A stretch of 64,000 nucleotides of DNA. It comes from Scyliorhinus canicula (Eukaryota). The stretch is taken from positions 16,221,215-16,285,214 of the forward strand of contig NC_052152.1 in assembly GCF_902713615.1 (NCBI RefSeq), given 5' to 3'. Positions within the stretch are counted from its first letter, which is position 1. The number at the start of each line of letters is the position of its first letter. Shown in pieces: positions 60,492 to 64,000 of this stretch. The translations under genes and the position numbers were made by a program. Under the pieces are notes generated by a model. The model searched no databases, was not told where the DNA came from, and worked only from the letters and a program-made list of their open reading frames with translations.

Positions 60492-61944
60492 TGGCATGTT
60501 CATCACTGCTGAATGATGACCCAAACCTCTGGACAATGACTTATTGAGAAAACGATACTGGCATGGTGTATTTTCTTAGCTCTTTGCATAACTGCTTTGC
60601 ACAGAAGGCCATCTTTCATTTAAAAACTCAACACAGGTAGAGTTTCTGTTCAACCAATTATGGAACCCACACTCTCTTCCTGTAGGAACATCCTTCACTC
60701 GTACAAGACTAGGGAGCTTAGGTGCAGATTAGCAGGGCCAAGATGTAGGGAGACTGGTGTCATTCGGCTTTCTACGAGCACACAGCTCATCTTCCCGCTC
60801 TTGTTCGAGTGGAACTGCCTTCCTTGTTAATCCATTGGCACGCAGAGTGACCAAGTGCTCAGTGAGTAGAATCCCAATCCTCAGTGTTTTTAAGAAACCC
60901 TTTGTGTACCATTCGTACATCAGGCGAGCTGGTGAGCAGTGCTTTAAGACCATAAGACCATAAGACATAGGAGTAGAAGTAAGGCCATTCGGCCCATCGA
61001 GTCCACTCCGCCATTCAATCATGGCTGATGGGCATTTGGAATGTCGTGGTTCTGCAAAGGTTCCAGCTTCGGATTGTGAAGTCAGGCACGAGCATGTAAC
61101 TTGCAAGAATTTTCAAGATTAACTTTAAAGTATTTTGTAATTACATAAGCAGAAAAATGGTAGTCAAGGCACCTGTGGGCCCTTTAAAAACAAGTGAGAA
61201 TAATATTACAAGTGAAAATAAGGAAATGCCAGAGTCGTTGGATTGTGTCAGCACAGAGGATGTGGATAATATACCTGCCATTTCAGAGAAGGTAATAATG
61301 TAGTGAGACTAGAATTCACCAAAGTTAACATAAGTAAGAAAAAACAATGAAGCTAGACTGACAAATCCCAAAGAACGGATAGTTTCCACACAAAGGATTA
61401 TAAAGGATAAAGGGGAGGAAATTATAGTTATTTTGCTGGTAATTTTCCAAAGCTCTCTTGATTTAGGAATTGTCCCTTTAGATTGGAAAGTTGCAAATGT
61501 AGCAATAATATAATAAAGGTGATAGACAGAAACCTCACAGTCTAACCCACTGAGACCTGGTAACATTCTGGTGAACATGCATGACATTCAAGGTCAATAT
61601 GTCCTTTCTGAGAAAATTATAAACCTGTTATTGTAACATTTGATGTGTGGAAGTCATTGGAATCTATAATTAAGGAAAGACTGAGCACTTAGCAGAATTT
61701 GAGCTGATTAGAGAGAGAACCAACAAGGATTTGAAGCAATTCACTGAATTCTTTGATTATGTGGCTAAAGCAGTAGGCAGGAGGAATCTATGGACGTAGT
61801 TTTCATGGATATCAAGAAGGCATTTGATGAGATTCCACATACTGTCAAACAAATAAAAGCTCATGAAGGGCAAGTATTCACCTATTTACATGAATAAAGT
61901 AGAAATAATGATCTTGAATTGGAAAAACGTGACCAGTGGCGTCT

Positions 61945-62385
61945 TAGAGAAATAGACCACAGAACAGGCCCTTCGGCCCACGATGTTGTGCCGAACTTCT
62001 GTCCTAGGTTAATCATAGATTATCATAGACGTTTGGACACCAAGGGCAATTTATCATGGCCAATCCCCCGAACCTGCACATCTTTGGACTGTGACGGAGG
62101 AAACCCACGCACATACGGGGAGGATGTGCAGACTCCACACAGACAGAGACCCAAGCCGGAATCGAACCTGGGACCCTGGAGCTGTGAAGCAATTGTGCTA
62201 TCCACAATGCTACCGAGATGCCCTTAAGAACAAATTAATCTACACTCCATTATTCTGCCATAATCCATGTACCTATCCAATAGCCGCTTGAAGGTCCCTA
62301 ATGTTTCCGACTCAACTACTTCCACAGGCAGTGCATTCCATGCCCCCACTACTCTCTGGGTAAAGAACCTACCTCTGACATCCCC
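61945..62385 (-). mobile_element. CR1 3' end carrying an HE1 SINE in its 3' UTR
   Basis: CR1 tail, ttaa, HE1 (about 62013-62224), ttaa, then CR1 continues gaacaaattaatctacac. Confidence 0.8.
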
Positions 62386-62707
62386 CAAACGAGGATGTCT
62401 TATGAGGATGTTTGCTGGAAATTCAACTGTTCATGGTACAGATTAATGATAAATTAATAGGGAATTATATATAAAGTTTTCTGTGAAACACAAATTGGTG
62501 GTGTACAGAAATGGGAGCATAATATTACAAAGCGACATTGATTTATGTGAGCAGGTAATATTGTTGCAGACAGATTTTGACGCAGTTAAGTGTGGAATTT
62601 GGACCAAGTAAGGATAGATCAAAGTATTATATGAACAGTTAAAAGCTAACAACAGCATAAATCCAATGGTAACCCATGTACACAAATCACTAAAATTCGT
62701 TTATTGG

Positions 62708-62893
62708 GGATGGGTTAGCACAGGGCTAAAGAGTTGGCTTTTAAAGCAGACCAAGACAGGCTAGCAGCGCGGTTGAATTCCCGTACCAGCCTCCCTGAAC
62801 AGGCGCCGGAATGTGGCAACTAGGGGCTTTTCACAGTAACTTCATTTGAAGCCTACTTGTGACAATAAGCGATTTCCGTTTCATTTCATTTCA
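62708..62893 (+). mobile_element. SINE family C
   Basis: Matches 25891-26076. Confidence 0.85.
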
Positions 62894-63459
62894 AAATGTA
62901 GTCAGATACAAAAAATAATCAAAAAAGCTGATGGAATGTTAATATTTATAACAAGAGAGCAAGAATACAAATGGTTGGAAATTTTACTACAGCAATACAA
63001 AGCCATATTTAGACCACATCTGTAGTGCTGTGCACAGTTCGTGTGTATAGCACTTCACCTTAGATTGTATATATGGATCTTGGAATGAGTGTAGAACAGA
63101 TTCCCCAGAATATTTCTCAGGCCCCCAAGAGTTAAATTATGAGGTGAGATTACATTATCTATGTTTGAATTTTCTAGAATGTAGAGAGGTAATCTAAGTG
63201 CAATTTTTAGGTGTTTGTTGGGACTGGATGAATTAGATAGAGAGCACTATGTCCTGCTGATGGAGAAGTTTAGGACGAGGGGCCATACTCTGAAAATCAG
63301 AGTGAGGCCATTACATACCTTCACGCGAACAGTGTTATATGCGTGAAACTTTCTTCCAGAAAAGGTGGTAACACTAGCTTAATTAATCATTTTTAATTCT
63401 GAAATCAATGCACTTTTGCTTGGCAGGCGTATAAAATATGTTATGGAACCAATACAAGT

Positions 63460-64000
63460 TTCTTCACCATAGCTGGATCAAAATCCTGGAACTCCCTCCC
63501 TAACACCACTGTGGGTGCACCTACACCACATGGACTGCCGGTTTAGCTCACTTGGCTAGACAGCGAGGCCAACGGGGTGGGTTCAATTTCCATACCGGCT
63601 GAGGTTATCCATGAAGGCCCCGCATTCTCAATCCTGCCCCTCGCTTGAGTTGTGGTGATCCTCAGGTTAAGTCCAAAGATGTGCGGGTTAGGTGGATTGG
63701 CCATGCTAAATTGCCCGTAGTGTCCTAAAAAGTAAGGTTAAAGGGGGGGGTTTGTTCGGTTACGGGTATGGGGTGGATACGTGGGTTTGAGTAGGGTGAT
63801 CATTGCTCGGCACAACATCGAGGGCCGAAGGGCCTGTTCTGTGCTGTACTGTTCTAAGTCACCACCAGTCAGCTCTTCCTCTCAAAGGGGAAAGCAGCCT
63901 ATGGTCTGGGACGATGGTGACTTTACCCTTGCCACATGGCCAGCAACAGTTCAAGAAGACAGCTCGCCACCACATTCTCAAGGGCAGTCTCAATGGGCAA
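63460..64000 (+). mobile_element. LINE 3' end containing a family-D SINE (63538-63930) that contains a 5'-truncated HE1 (63670-63855)
   Basis: aaatcctggaactccctccctaac (WNSLP) resumes at gttcaagaag; taagtc flanks the HE1 piece on both sides. Confidence 0.7.

Larger units (their letters stand above)
61130..63450 (+). mobile_element. Highly decayed CR1 LINE with nested younger elements
   Basis: gattggaaagttgcaaatgta (DWKVANV); aaggcatttgat; agaccacatctg (RPHL); acgaggggccat (TRGH). Confidence 0.75.

Noticed and set aside
60729-61106. 125 aa minus-strand ORF
   Set aside because: It reads through a CR1 tail insertion at 60945-61030 and has no recognisable domain.
1-64000. Prokaryotic or viral system (operons, defence islands, retrons, endogenous virus)
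   Set aside because: No dense coding structure. All RT, integrase and nuclease fragments are explained by known vertebrate transposon classes.

Overview
Eukaryotic, repeat-dense DNA, almost certainly from a cartilaginous fish (shark; catshark-like). The inference rests on abundant HE1-type SINEs, CR1 LINEs, Rex1/Babar and L2 LINE relics and PIF/Harbinger MITEs. I recognise no intact host protein-coding gene. The window reads as intronic or intergenic, and nearly all ORFs in the track are transposon fragments or chance ORFs. Structure: (1) 548-11814 and 11915-23187 are two near-identical 11.3 kb copies on either side of a 100-N gap, most likely an assembly false duplication of two haplotypes. 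Each copy holds a decayed Gypsy LTR element. (2) 33.4-45.2 kb is a nested pile of elements: a two-gene Harbinger relic, and a Penelope element (RT + GIY-YIG) interrupted by a Harbinger-Myb element that itself carries a Rex1/Babar LINE with an HE1 SINE inside. (3) Three repeat families carry decayed minimal hammerhead-ribozyme cores, and one is directly attached to a Penelope ORF end. (4) Two minisatellites (47 bp x 11 and 40 bp x 5) arose inside MITE ends. (5) There is a SINE-associated palindrome of about 200 bp, a CR1-HE1 composite seen twice, and a few weak exon/promoter candidates in unique sequence. I do not see a convincing new biological system. Family names come from recalled consensus features, not database searches, and boundaries of old repeats are approximate.
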